Shown here piece after piece: positions 18,868 through 27,403 of a stretch of 64,000 nt of DNA. The DNA is from Deltaproteobacteria bacterium. Its GTDB lineage: Bacteria; Bdellovibrionota; UBA1018; UBA923. Location of the stretch: assembly GCA_016186905.1 (NCBI GenBank), contig JACPKS010000044.1, forward strand, positions 3,456-67,455, given 5' to 3'. The notes below the pieces were generated by a model that ran no database searches, had not been told where the DNA came from, and saw only the letters and a program-made list of their open reading frames with translations. Numbering within the stretch: position 1 is the first letter of the stretch; the number at the start of each line of letters is the position of its first letter. The translations under genes were made by a program, and so were the position numbers.

Positions 18868-19741
18868 CAAAAAGGTGCCGACCTACTTTTCGTGGTGTGG
18901 CGCTTCACGAAAAGTAGGTCGGCACCTTTTCGTATTCTGCGCATATTTTCTTCTTTTCGCACACGTTACGCGCGCGAGCCCTCTTGTCGTTCTCGACCCC
19001 GGCCACGGCGGAAGCGACACGGGCGCGATCCATCGGCTGGGCGCCCAAACGGTCGCGGAAAAAGACATCACGCTGGCCCTGGCGCGCAAAGCGGCCACAG
19101 CGCTCAGAGCGCGCGGCATCCAGGCGGTTTTGACTCGCGACCATGATTTCGTCGTCGCGCTCGATCATCGCGCGGCGATCGCGAACTCGGCCGCACGCCA
19201 TGCCGACGCGGTTCTTCTTTCGATCCACGTCAACTCGGCGCGCGACCCGTACAGCAGCGGCATCGAAACCTATGTTTTCAATGCCACGAACAACGAAGCC
19301 TCGCGCCGCCTCTCCGAAATTGAAAACGGCAGCCACCGCGTCGAACCCAAAGGCATCGTAAACCTCATCCTCTCGGATCTTTCGGCCACGGCGAACTACG
19401 CCGAATCCGTCTCGATGGCATGCGGCGTACACTCCCAGCTCGTTTCGGGGATGAGTACTGCCGGAAACACGATCAGAGACCGAGGCGTGCGCCCCGGGCT
19501 TTTCTACGTGCTCATGGGCGCGCGCGTTCCCGCCGTATTGATCGAGGCCGGATTCGCGAGTAACCCGCGCGAGCTCGCCAACCTTGTCAATCCCGTTTAC
19601 CAGGAACGCTTCGCCCGTGCGCTTGCCGAAGGCATCGCAAACTGGCGTTGGATCAGGGGCAGACCCTTAGCCCTTTCCGGCATTCGAAAAAAAGGGCCTA
19701 AACTCGCGCGGGCCCGAGACGCCGCGTCGCTTTGCCGCTGA
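18860..19741 (+). CDS. N-acetylmuramoyl-L-alanine amidase (AmiC-like)
   Basis: Amidase_3 signature VVLDPGHGGSDTGA...SIHVNS...E. The ATG overlaps the mutS stop, and the predicted signal peptide is encoded across the REP-like hairpin. Confidence 0.7.
   Translation: MHNKKVPTYFSWCGASRKVGRHLFVFCAYFLLFAHVTRASPLVVLDPGHGGSDTGAIHRLGAQTVAEKDITLALARKAATALRARGIQAVLTRDHDFVVALDHRAAIANSAARHADAVLLSIHVNSARDPYSSGIETYVFNATNNEASRRLSEIENGSHRVEPKGIVNLILSDLSATANYAESVSMACGVHSQLVSGMSTAGNTIRDRGVRPGLFYVLMGARVPAVLIEAGFASNPRELANLVNPVYQERFARALAEGIANWRWIRGRPLALSGIRKKGPKLARARDAASLCR
18870..18930. terminator. REP-like long hairpin (23-bp perfect stem, 15-nt loop, T-tract), copy 1
   Basis: AAAAGGTGCCGACCTACTTTTCG ... CGAAAAGTAGGTCGGCACCTTTT immediately after the mutS stop. 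Same family as 29196-29254. Confidence 0.6.
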
Positions 19742-19787
19742 CCGAAATCCCAAGGCTTTAACTTTACCCCAAAGCTATTGGGAACAG

Positions 19788-19958
19788 CTTTACAGGCGTA
19801 CAGTATTTAGACAATTCGCTGTATATAATCTTTACAGTCGGATAGGCGGCATTCACCCTGACAAGTTCCTATCTTATTGGTTTTATATAATTTTTTCTAT
19901 AAATCCCGCCGCTTACGCGGCGTGTGCTGCGATGCGCGTGCTGGCACCGCCATTGCAC
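19788..19958 (+). promoter_or_regulatory. Conserved ~170-bp leader element, copy 2, ending in a sigma-54 promoter (TGGCAC-N5-TTGCA)
   Basis: About 80% identical to 5249-5420. TGGCACCGCCATTGCA at about 19942-19957, roughly 45 nt upstream of the lipoprotein ATG at 20001, with RBS GAGGAGAGAG. Confidence 0.55.
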
Positions 19959-20000
19959 TACTATCTTGCAAGTACAACTCTATTGAGGAGAGAGATCACT

Positions 20001-20633
20001 ATGAAACGGTTCAAACACTCTGCACTTATGGCGACGCTAATCGGCATCATGGTCGTGGCCAGCGGCTGCGGAAGCAAAAGTTCAAACCCGGCTCCCGGCG
20101 CTCCGGGCGCGCCAGGCTACTACGGCGGAACGGTGACCCCACTGCCCGGCGGAGCGGTCGCAATCGCGTTCAGCGGCTCAAACGTTTACAACAGCGGTCA
20201 GCGCATCACCGGCGGGCAAGTCACCGGAAGCGGCCAGTGCTACACGCAAGGCTGCTACTGCGGATACTTCTCGGCGAGCGGCAACGTCTGCTGGCAGTTT
20301 GCCAACCCCTACACGCAGGGAACTGGCTCCATCGCGGTCGGCGGCAACAGCATGCCGGTCGGACAGCCCGGAACGATCCAGGCGGTTTCGAAGTATGAGC
20401 CGAACTCGGGCCTCACACTCGTCGTGACCCCGGGCAGCGATGCTCTGCACTCGAACGTCTCCGGCCTGATCACGCTCTCGCCGCAGTACATGCAGATGAA
20501 CTTCCCCGGCGGATTGCCCGGAATCGTCGGTGTCGCCTTCGACATCGTCTACTCGGGCGGCCAAGGCTTCGGCGGCGTGCTCTTCTACACGTCGACCGGA
20601 ACCCCCCCGCACGGCGGGTTCTTGAGAATCTGA
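20001..20633 (+). CDS. Gly-rich, Cys-containing secreted lipoprotein
   Basis: Signal peptide MKRFKHSALMATLIGIMVVASGC with a lipobox, then a G/S/T/Y-rich mature part. The long ORF from 19932 and the ORF 19877..20398 are artefacts of the conserved leader. Confidence 0.6.
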   Translation: MKRFKHSALMATLIGIMVVASGCGSKSSNPAPGAPGAPGYYGGTVTPLPGGAVAIAFSGSNVYNSGQRITGGQVTGSGQCYTQGCYCGYFSASGNVCWQFANPYTQGTGSIAVGGNSMPVGQPGTIQAVSKYEPNSGLTLVVTPGSDALHSNVSGLITLSPQYMQMNFPGGLPGIVGVAFDIVYSGGQGFGGVLFYTSTGTPPHGGFLRI

Positions 20634-20730
20634 AGAACTGAACCCTCGGGAAAGATGGTGATTGAGTTCAGAGGGGCGCCGTGTCCGGCGCCCCTTTCTT
20701 TTTGCGCTCGAAGATCTAGAATCATGGCGT

Positions 20731-21651
20731 ATGCAACCCATTCGCATCCTCGATAAATTCGCGCTCCACCTGAGACTCGACCTGGGGTTGAGCCCCAAAA
20801 GCGTTGAAGCTTACGTCTCGGACCTGCGCCAGTTTCTCGTCCAACCCCGACATCAGACTGAAGCGGCGACCATCGCCCCGAGTTCGGTGTCCCGCGGCGA
20901 CATCCAAAAACATCTCGACCGCTTAAAACGCGCGGGAACGGTCAACCGCACGCTCGCGCGCAAAATCTCGGCGCTCCGGCGCTTCTTCCGTTTTTGCGCG
21001 GACGAAGGGCTTACGGACCGCGATCCCACCGAAAAACTCGAAACTCCGAAAATCGGCCGCTCTCTTCCCAAAACGCTTTCGCTGGGCGAAGTCGAAACGC
21101 TTCTGGCTTCGCCCGAAACCGAAAACGATCGCACGATGATTCGCACGCTCTACGCCACCGGCCTGAGGGTTTCGGAACTTCTGACACTTCCGCCGGAAGG
21201 GATTGACCTCGAAGCGGGCTTGGTTCGCGTTCAGGGAAAGGGCGGGAAGATCCGCCTCGTTCCGCTGGATCAGCAAACCGTGCAGATGCTCAAAGAGTAC
21301 CTGACATCCGTACGACCGCGCCTGTCGAGCCGTCAGGCTCGCAAACGGTTGAAGAATTCTTCCGCGCCAACGCTATTCTTGTCGAGCCACGGACGCCCCT
21401 TCACGCGCCAGGGGTTCTGGAAAATGATCCGCCGCGCAGCACTCAAAGCCGGCATCACCTCTAAAGTTTCGCCCCATGTTCTGCGCCACGCCTTTGCCAC
21501 GCATCTTCTCGAGCGCGGGATGAACCTGCGCTCGCTTCAGATGGTCTTAGGTCACAGCGACATCGCGACGACCGAAATCTACAGCCACGTGACCACCACT
21601 CACCTTCACGAAACCGTAAAAAAATACCATCCGCGTTCAAAGGGCGGCTAA
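20731..21651 (+). CDS. Tyrosine recombinase, XerC/XerD family
   Basis: Conserved R...HxxR...Y catalytic residues (RHAFATHLLERG, LGHSDIATTEIYSHV). The start is taken at MQPIRIL. Confidence 0.8.
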   Translation: MQPIRILDKFALHLRLDLGLSPKSVEAYVSDLRQFLVQPRHQTEAATIAPSSVSRGDIQKHLDRLKRAGTVNRTLARKISALRRFFRFCADEGLTDRDPTEKLETPKIGRSLPKTLSLGEVETLLASPETENDRTMIRTLYATGLRVSELLTLPPEGIDLEAGLVRVQGKGGKIRLVPLDQQTVQMLKEYLTSVRPRLSSRQARKRLKNSSAPTLFLSSHGRPFTRQGFWKMIRRAALKAGITSKVSPHVLRHAFATHLLERGMNLRSLQMVLGHSDIATTEIYSHVTTTHLHETVKKYHPRSKGG

Positions 21652-21661
21652 AGCCTGCCAG

Positions 21662-23743
21662 CTATTTCAGGTTTTCCTGAATCCAGCCCAGATCGATGTT
21701 GTCGCGTCCTACGATCGCTTGGAACGGCTTCTCGAAGATCTCCATCCCGCTACGCGTTTTGCTGTAGTCGTAATAAAAGAAGTCGTGATCTTTTTCGTCC
21801 TTCGCCCATTCAAGCCCGCCAAGATTGGATCGCATCGCATCGGGAAGGTCCGCCAGCCGCACTTGCGAATCAATGCTTCCGCTCAAGAATCCAAAGGGGC
21901 CCGCCTGATCCGGCATAACCGGAACGACCATGCCGAAAGCCCCGTCCGCGGCATCCAGGAACTTGTAGACGAGCTCGATCCTTCGCGGAACAAGGCTCAG
22001 GAAATCAGCCATCTCGCGGCCGCTAAGCTCAGACCTCGCCTTCAGGCCACCGATGAATCTCGCGCCATTGAGCGACATCGATGTTTTGGTGATGCCCGAT
22101 CCCAGCGCCGCGCATTCTTGCAACGCCTGGGCGATCGTTTTTTGCCCGCGCGCCGCGTGGTCGAACCGATCCAGGATCGCCAGGAGGTCCTGCAGTGCGG
22201 GGCGCTCTCCCGTTGCCTGCACGGCCGCCGCGGCCGAAAGCTCGCTTTCCAGCGTTTCAATCTCCGAAGGACAGAATGTTCTCAGCACCCCATCTTCGGC
22301 GCGTACCACGGAATCCTCATACCTTGTCCGGGTCTGAACGGAAGCCGGGCTCACGTCATTGGGAACCGCGATGAGATGGTAGCCCTTCGCATCGAGTGTC
22401 GCGACGGGCCTGGCGGCTGCACGACGAAAGACCCCGCTATCCTCTCCCACGGCGTGGTCGTTGCGGATGTAGGCCGTGAGCCAATCGCTGGAGCCCACTC
22501 CCAGGGAAAAATCCACATACGAGACGGGCTTTCCGTCAAGCCCCGTTTCGTCTGATTTCACGAGACTTTGTCTGGCCAGAAGGAATCCTGTTTCCGATTC
22601 CACCGAGAGCGTTGCGGGAATCAGCCCGCTGAACTCGGACCATTTTTGGTTGAGTTTGATGCGGTTTTTAAGAACCTTGAGGCTTGGCTCATAGACCTCG
22701 CCTTTGTTGGCCCTGAACGCGCGCTCAATCGCAGTCAATCGAGCCTCGCGCTCTTCTTTCATCGCGGAATCGAGCGCCCTGATCGAGGCCTTGACCTGAT
22801 CGAGGGCAACAATTGAATAGTGCACCGTCAAATCAGCGTCACGCACTTTAGAAAGGGAAAGCCCTTTTTGGGGGGCATTGATGACGCATTGAAACTTCTC
22901 GCCGGCCTTGAGCAGAAAGCCCTGGCTTGAGGGCCGGGCTGACGAGGACACGACGCGATCACCCGCCTTGCACAGCACGGCGTATGGCCGCTCCTTCAGG
23001 TCGGGCCAACGCTTTCGGATGGGAAGAAACGGGATCAGCGCGCGTTTTTCCTTTTCTCCAGCCAGCCCGCTTGCGTCCACTTTCTTCCCGAACAGACCCA
23101 CGAGGCTTGAACCGGATACCTCATCGATCCGAATCACATGGTCGACAAGAAACGAAGTATCGCCCGTTCCTCCACGCCCAGAAGAAATGGCGCTTCTTTG
23201 CAGCACTCCCAAGTGCTCGGCGGCGAGAAAAAACGAGCGATCGTAAATCCCGTCGTTAAGCCGTTGCCGGATCTGCAGGTGATCAACGAGCTTGCGGCGC
23301 GCGGCGAGTTCCTCCTCGCTCAAACTGAAGGGAGCCAGCTCGAAGGTGACCGTGAAGGTTTTGGGCGCATCCAGAAGCGCGGTGGGCGAGCAGAAAAGGC
23401 TGTCCACATAACCGCCCGTGCCGAAGCGGTCCACCCTGTCTTGCCAGTTCTCCCTCCACCCGCACCGGACGGCGGAATCACCGACTGAAAACTTTGGTTC
23501 GGACGGCCACCAATTGGAGCCGAATGCCAAATCGGTGGTCTTGGGGCCAGACACTTTCGTCAGCGAGAACACCTCAATGGAAATTCCGCTCCCCATCCCT
23601 TTCGGGAGCGTGTATTCCATGGTCACCGTCTGCTTTTCATTCGGCGAGGGTTCCGTCGCGATCTTGCGGGAGCCCGTCGGATGCGCGCAGCCCAGGATCA
23701 GCGATCCCGTGATTACGCCCGTGATTACGAAAGTATTCTTCAT
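21662..23743 (-). CDS. Large hypothetical lipoprotein (~694 aa)
   Basis: Start at MKNTFVITGVITGSLILGC (lipobox) with RBS GGAGAC. No recognisable catalytic motif. Confidence 0.5.
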   Translation of the reverse strand: MKNTFVITGVITGSLILGCAHPTGSRKIATEPSPNEKQTVTMEYTLPKGMGSGISIEVFSLTKVSGPKTTDLAFGSNWWPSEPKFSVGDSAVRCGWRENWQDRVDRFGTGGYVDSLFCSPTALLDAPKTFTVTFELAPFSLSEEELAARRKLVDHLQIRQRLNDGIYDRSFFLAAEHLGVLQRSAISSGRGGTGDTSFLVDHVIRIDEVSGSSLVGLFGKKVDASGLAGEKEKRALIPFLPIRKRWPDLKERPYAVLCKAGDRVVSSSARPSSQGFLLKAGEKFQCVINAPQKGLSLSKVRDADLTVHYSIVALDQVKASIRALDSAMKEEREARLTAIERAFRANKGEVYEPSLKVLKNRIKLNQKWSEFSGLIPATLSVESETGFLLARQSLVKSDETGLDGKPVSYVDFSLGVGSSDWLTAYIRNDHAVGEDSGVFRRAAARPVATLDAKGYHLIAVPNDVSPASVQTRTRYEDSVVRAEDGVLRTFCPSEIETLESELSAAAAVQATGERPALQDLLAILDRFDHAARGQKTIAQALQECAALGSGITKTSMSLNGARFIGGLKARSELSGREMADFLSLVPRRIELVYKFLDAADGAFGMVVPVMPDQAGPFGFLSGSIDSQVRLADLPDAMRSNLGGLEWAKDEKDHDFFYYDYSKTRSGMEIFEKPFQAIVGRDNIDLGWIQENLK

Positions 23744-23906
23744 GGAGGTCTCCTGTTTTTTGCGACTTGCAGCACTGCAGCCAAATAAAATTTTACAGTT
23801 CATCTGAGCCCGCTGCAAGCTGGCTTACCTCCCTGAGCATTCGGCAAGATATGCCTTCGAGCACTGACACAAGCCCCGTGGGGCTGTCCCCGTGAGCTGC
23901 TTCCTC

Positions 23907-23960
23907 AATGTGCAAATGTCACTTTTGTTCGATTTCGAACAATTTTGACATTTGCACATT
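23907..23960. promoter_or_regulatory. 54-bp near-perfect palindrome in a divergent promoter region
   Basis: 15-bp perfect arms AATGTGCAAATGTCA / TGACATTTGCACATT flank an inner TTGTTCGA-TT-TCGAACAA palindrome. It lies between divergent genes. Confidence 0.5.
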
Positions 23961-24096
23961 GGCCGGAAGAGTTCCGGCAGTGCATACCGTGCGATTACTA
24001 CGAAAAATTCCGCGTTAATACCGCTGTTTTCCATCTGAATACACTTTGTTTTCCACTTTCTTGACGCAAAGCGCATAACGCGTTATAAACCGCGCC

Positions 24097-24939
24097 ATGA
24101 AACAAGACCCCGTTCGGAGCGAAGCGATCTTCGCCCACACGAACTACCGCGGCTTTCTAAAGTCGGTTCTCGCCGATCGCGCGGCCAAGAATAAGGCCTA
24201 CTCGCTGCGCGCGTTTTCAAAGGCGCTCTCGATTTCGCCGGGCGTGCTTTCGATGATCCTCAAAGGCGGGAAAAATCTTTCGCTCGAGCGCGCGCTCACG
24301 GTCGCGCGCAAAATCGGATTGAAAGAAAAAGAGACGGAATATTTTCTTCTGCTCGTCCAGCTCGATCGCATCGCGGATCCCGAGCTTCGCGGCACCTTCT
24401 TTGACCGCGCGGCCGCGATCCGCCCGTCGGGCAAAGTCTTCGATCTCTCTGTCGATCTTTTTAAGGTCATCGCGGATTGGCATCACCTCGCCATTCTTGA
24501 ATCGCTCGACGTCGATGGTTTGGAATGGAGCCCGAAATCGATCGCGAAGTTTCTGGGCATCTCTCCGATCGAGGTCGAAGCCGCGATCGAACGTCTCGCG
24601 CGACTGGAATTGATCGAGCTTCTCGAAGGCCGAAAACCCACCCGCACGGTGAGCCGGCTTCTTGTCGATTCCAAGATTCCAAGCGAAAGCATCCGCAAAT
24701 ATTATCGCCAGGTTCTGCAAAAGGCCGTCGAAAGCATCGAGACGCAAACGCCAAAGGAAAAAGTCTTCGCCACCGAGGTCTTCGCGTTCGACGCCACGGC
24801 GCTTGAGGAAGCCAAGTCCATCACCGACCGCTACCTCGAAGACCTGTTGAAACTCTCGCGCAAATCCAAGAACAGGCGCGACCTCTATCAGGCCGCGGTG
24901 CAATTTTTTCGTATAAACATAAACAAAGGGAGAGAATGA
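24097..24939 (+). CDS. TIGR02147-like HTH-domain regulator (Fibrobacter/Bdellovibrio paralogous family)
   Basis: N-terminal HTH-like segment YSLRAFSKALSISPGVLSMILKGGKNLSLERALTVARKIGL. Preceded by TTGACG-N17-TATAAA, with an ATAACGCGTTAT palindrome overlapping the -10 element. Confidence 0.45.
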   Translation: MKQDPVRSEAIFAHTNYRGFLKSVLADRAAKNKAYSLRAFSKALSISPGVLSMILKGGKNLSLERALTVARKIGLKEKETEYFLLLVQLDRIADPELRGTFFDRAAAIRPSGKVFDLSVDLFKVIADWHHLAILESLDVDGLEWSPKSIAKFLGISPIEVEAAIERLARLELIELLEGRKPTRTVSRLLVDSKIPSESIRKYYRQVLQKAVESIETQTPKEKVFATEVFAFDATALEEAKSITDRYLEDLLKLSRKSKNRRDLYQAAVQFFRININKGRE

Positions 24940-26745
24940 ATGCGACTTCATAAATCCGTGATCCTCGGAGTGGCGATGCTCAGCGCGCTAGCGCAAGCCG
25001 GCGAAAAAACCAACGGCTCGGGCGTGCGCGGCGGAGGCCAGACGATCGACATCGAAGCGCGCCCGCGGCTTCGCGATCTCGTTGATCACACGACGTGCCG
25101 ATGGGTGAACTCAAAGGACTTCATCGAACGGCTAAGAGGCACGGCGCCCGTACTGAAAGCGCTCGGCGAGACGCACTGGTATCTCGCGCACGCGATCACG
25201 CGCGAGGCGAAGAGCTTGAAACTCTGTCTTACCGGCACGCTGAAAACAATTCCGGTCGACGACGAAGACGGCCTGACCGTCGTGCGCCCGTCGAAGAACC
25301 GCCAGGCGGCCATTCGGCTCAATGACCTGATCTTCCTCGATGAGGCACTTTTTAAGGAACTCCCGGCGCACGACCGTGCGATGCTTTTGTTGCACGAAGT
25401 CTTGCACAGCTTCATTCCGCTTGAAACCTCGCGGCGCAACGACAAGCTTCGAAGCATCGTGAACGCGATCTCTGACAACACCTCGAAGCGGATGAGCGAG
25501 GAGGAGTTCGCGCTTCAGATGACGATGAACGATCTCATGCTCGCGAGCACGACGGCGGAGCTCGATCCGATTCGCGCGCGGCTTGAGACTCTCGTCGATC
25601 CTGCCGCCGCGAAAACCGCGCGCATCGCGGCTCTGCAAAAAATCGGGATGGCCGCCCTCTACGACTCGGGTCTCTGGCATCGCGATGTGCGCGATATCGA
25701 GGAATTCGCGGCGCCGATCTTCCAAGCAGCGAGGGCGGCGATGGAAAACGCCGACTACGCGGCACTTGCCGGCGCGCTTAAAGACGGCATCGAAGTGGAT
25801 TTTCCGTTCTTCGCGATCGACGAGAAATCCGGCCTTCGCTTGAGCCTGCTTGATCTGAGCGCCAGCGCCGGCGACGAAAACATGGTTCGCTTCCTCGTCG
25901 ACCACGCGGCAAACGGCGGGGGCTCGACCCTCGATCGCCTGCTCAAGCGCGTGATCGTGGGCGAGCTTAAGACGCTTGAGGTTCCGCGGCTTCTCGCCGC
26001 GGGCGCGAATCCCAATTCCAGGAGCGAATTCGGCGCAGCCGGACGCATGACGCTTACGACGGCTGCGCTCGCGTACAATCGGCCCGAGATTTTTCAAGCT
26101 CTCGTTCAAAATCCGGCTACGACCATCGACACGCTGCTTGAATCGCTCGGTTACGCGATCTCAACCGCGCCGGTGAATGCGTCGCTTGCGTTCGCGAAGA
26201 TGCTTTTCGCGACCGGAAAACTTTCGGCGGATATCGCGTTGCTTGACGGCCGCGCCGCCGTTCTCGCGGCGCTTACGAGTTCCCGGCTCGACGTGTTCCG
26301 ATACTTGCTCTCGATTGGAGCCGACCCCAATCGCGCGCGGGACGCAAACTCGAACGGCTTGCTCGCGATCGCCGTTTCGACGTCTCCTTCCGCGTTCGTG
26401 GAAGCGCTGCTTAAGGATTCGCGAACCGATCTCAACGCTAAAAACGTCGACGGCTTGACGGCTTTTGATCTTGCCATGGACGCGAACAACGCAAACGCCA
26501 TCGCGCTACTCATCGCGGATTCGCGCTTTCAGATGCCGGACTTCGGATCGCCGCGGTACGCCGCCGCCGAAAAACTTCCGTGGTTATTGAACCACCTGGC
26601 GCTGCAGGATTGCGTCGCGGGAATTCAGGCGGTGCTTAAGGCGCATCGCTTCGAGTGGAACGAGCTCTACTTCGCCGCCGAACTCGCGCGGCAGGCTGGA
26701 AAAGACAGCGCCTACGCGACGATTCACGCCGCGATGGGCCAGTGA
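24940..26745 (+). CDS. Secreted protein with C-terminal ankyrin repeats
   Basis: Signal peptide, and ANK-like units (DVDGLTAFDLAMDANNANAIALLI, NSNGLLAIAV...). Start is coupled to the upstream regulator's stop (TGAATG). Confidence 0.55.
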   Translation: MRLHKSVILGVAMLSALAQAGEKTNGSGVRGGGQTIDIEARPRLRDLVDHTTCRWVNSKDFIERLRGTAPVLKALGETHWYLAHAITREAKSLKLCLTGTLKTIPVDDEDGLTVVRPSKNRQAAIRLNDLIFLDEALFKELPAHDRAMLLLHEVLHSFIPLETSRRNDKLRSIVNAISDNTSKRMSEEEFALQMTMNDLMLASTTAELDPIRARLETLVDPAAAKTARIAALQKIGMAALYDSGLWHRDVRDIEEFAAPIFQAARAAMENADYAALAGALKDGIEVDFPFFAIDEKSGLRLSLLDLSASAGDENMVRFLVDHAANGGGSTLDRLLKRVIVGELKTLEVPRLLAAGANPNSRSEFGAAGRMTLTTAALAYNRPEIFQALVQNPATTIDTLLESLGYAISTAPVNASLAFAKMLFATGKLSADIALLDGRAAVLAALTSSRLDVFRYLLSIGADPNRARDANSNGLLAIAVSTSPSAFVEALLKDSRTDLNAKNVDGLTAFDLAMDANNANAIALLIADSRFQMPDFGSPRYAAAEKLPWLLNHLALQDCVAGIQAVLKAHRFEWNELYFAAELARQAGKDSAYATIHAAMGQ

Positions 26746-26761
26746 AAGGGGGACGACGAGG

Positions 26762-27385
26762 ATGAAAACGCGGATTAAAACGAGCATTCAAAATTTTGAA
26801 TACCGGGGCAAGGCGTGGATGGCCACGGCGGTGACTTCAGGTATTGTCGCGGTAGTCGCGTCTCTCCCCCTTAGCGCCCACGCGAATACGGGATGGAAAT
26901 GCGAAGCCCAGTGCGTGGCCGTGGATGTCGCGAAACAGACCGTGCAGCATCTTGGCTCCGTCGTAAGCTCTACGGCCCCCGATCGCTTCGAGGCATGGAC
27001 AAGCCTTGACCGCCGCTGCCGCAAGGTCGCAAAGAAAAACGGCTTCGACGAGACAGCCACACCGCTGTTGCTTTCCGGCGTACAAATTGAAACGGATGCC
27101 AAAGACACTCAGACCCAGACCGGCTCGCACAGCTCGTCAAGCTCGGTTTCGCAGGCCGGAGCGGCCTCGAAGTTCCAGCGCGGCAGGCGCGTTCGTTACG
27201 CTTCGGCGGCAGGCGCGCAATCGGCGTCGTCAAGTGCAAGCGGAGCGTATTTTCATACGTTCACCACCGAAGACCATTTTCGGATCGAGCTTCGGTATGC
27301 GAATCCCAGCGAGGCTTGCGGAAGTGTGGAGATCGACCCAAATGCAGTTCCACAATACGAAGGCGATGAGCCGGTTCTTGGATAA
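26762..27385 (+). CDS. Secreted Ser-rich hypothetical protein
   Basis: Signal peptide (...VVASLPLSAHA) and low-complexity Ser/Ala tracts. Confidence 0.4.
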   Translation: MKTRIKTSIQNFEYRGKAWMATAVTSGIVAVVASLPLSAHANTGWKCEAQCVAVDVAKQTVQHLGSVVSSTAPDRFEAWTSLDRRCRKVAKKNGFDETATPLLLSGVQIETDAKDTQTQTGSHSSSSSVSQAGAASKFQRGRRVRYASAAGAQSASSSASGAYFHTFTTEDHFRIELRYANPSEACGSVEIDPNAVPQYEGDEPVLG

Positions 27386-27403
27386 ATGTTTAGTCAAGGA
27401 GTA

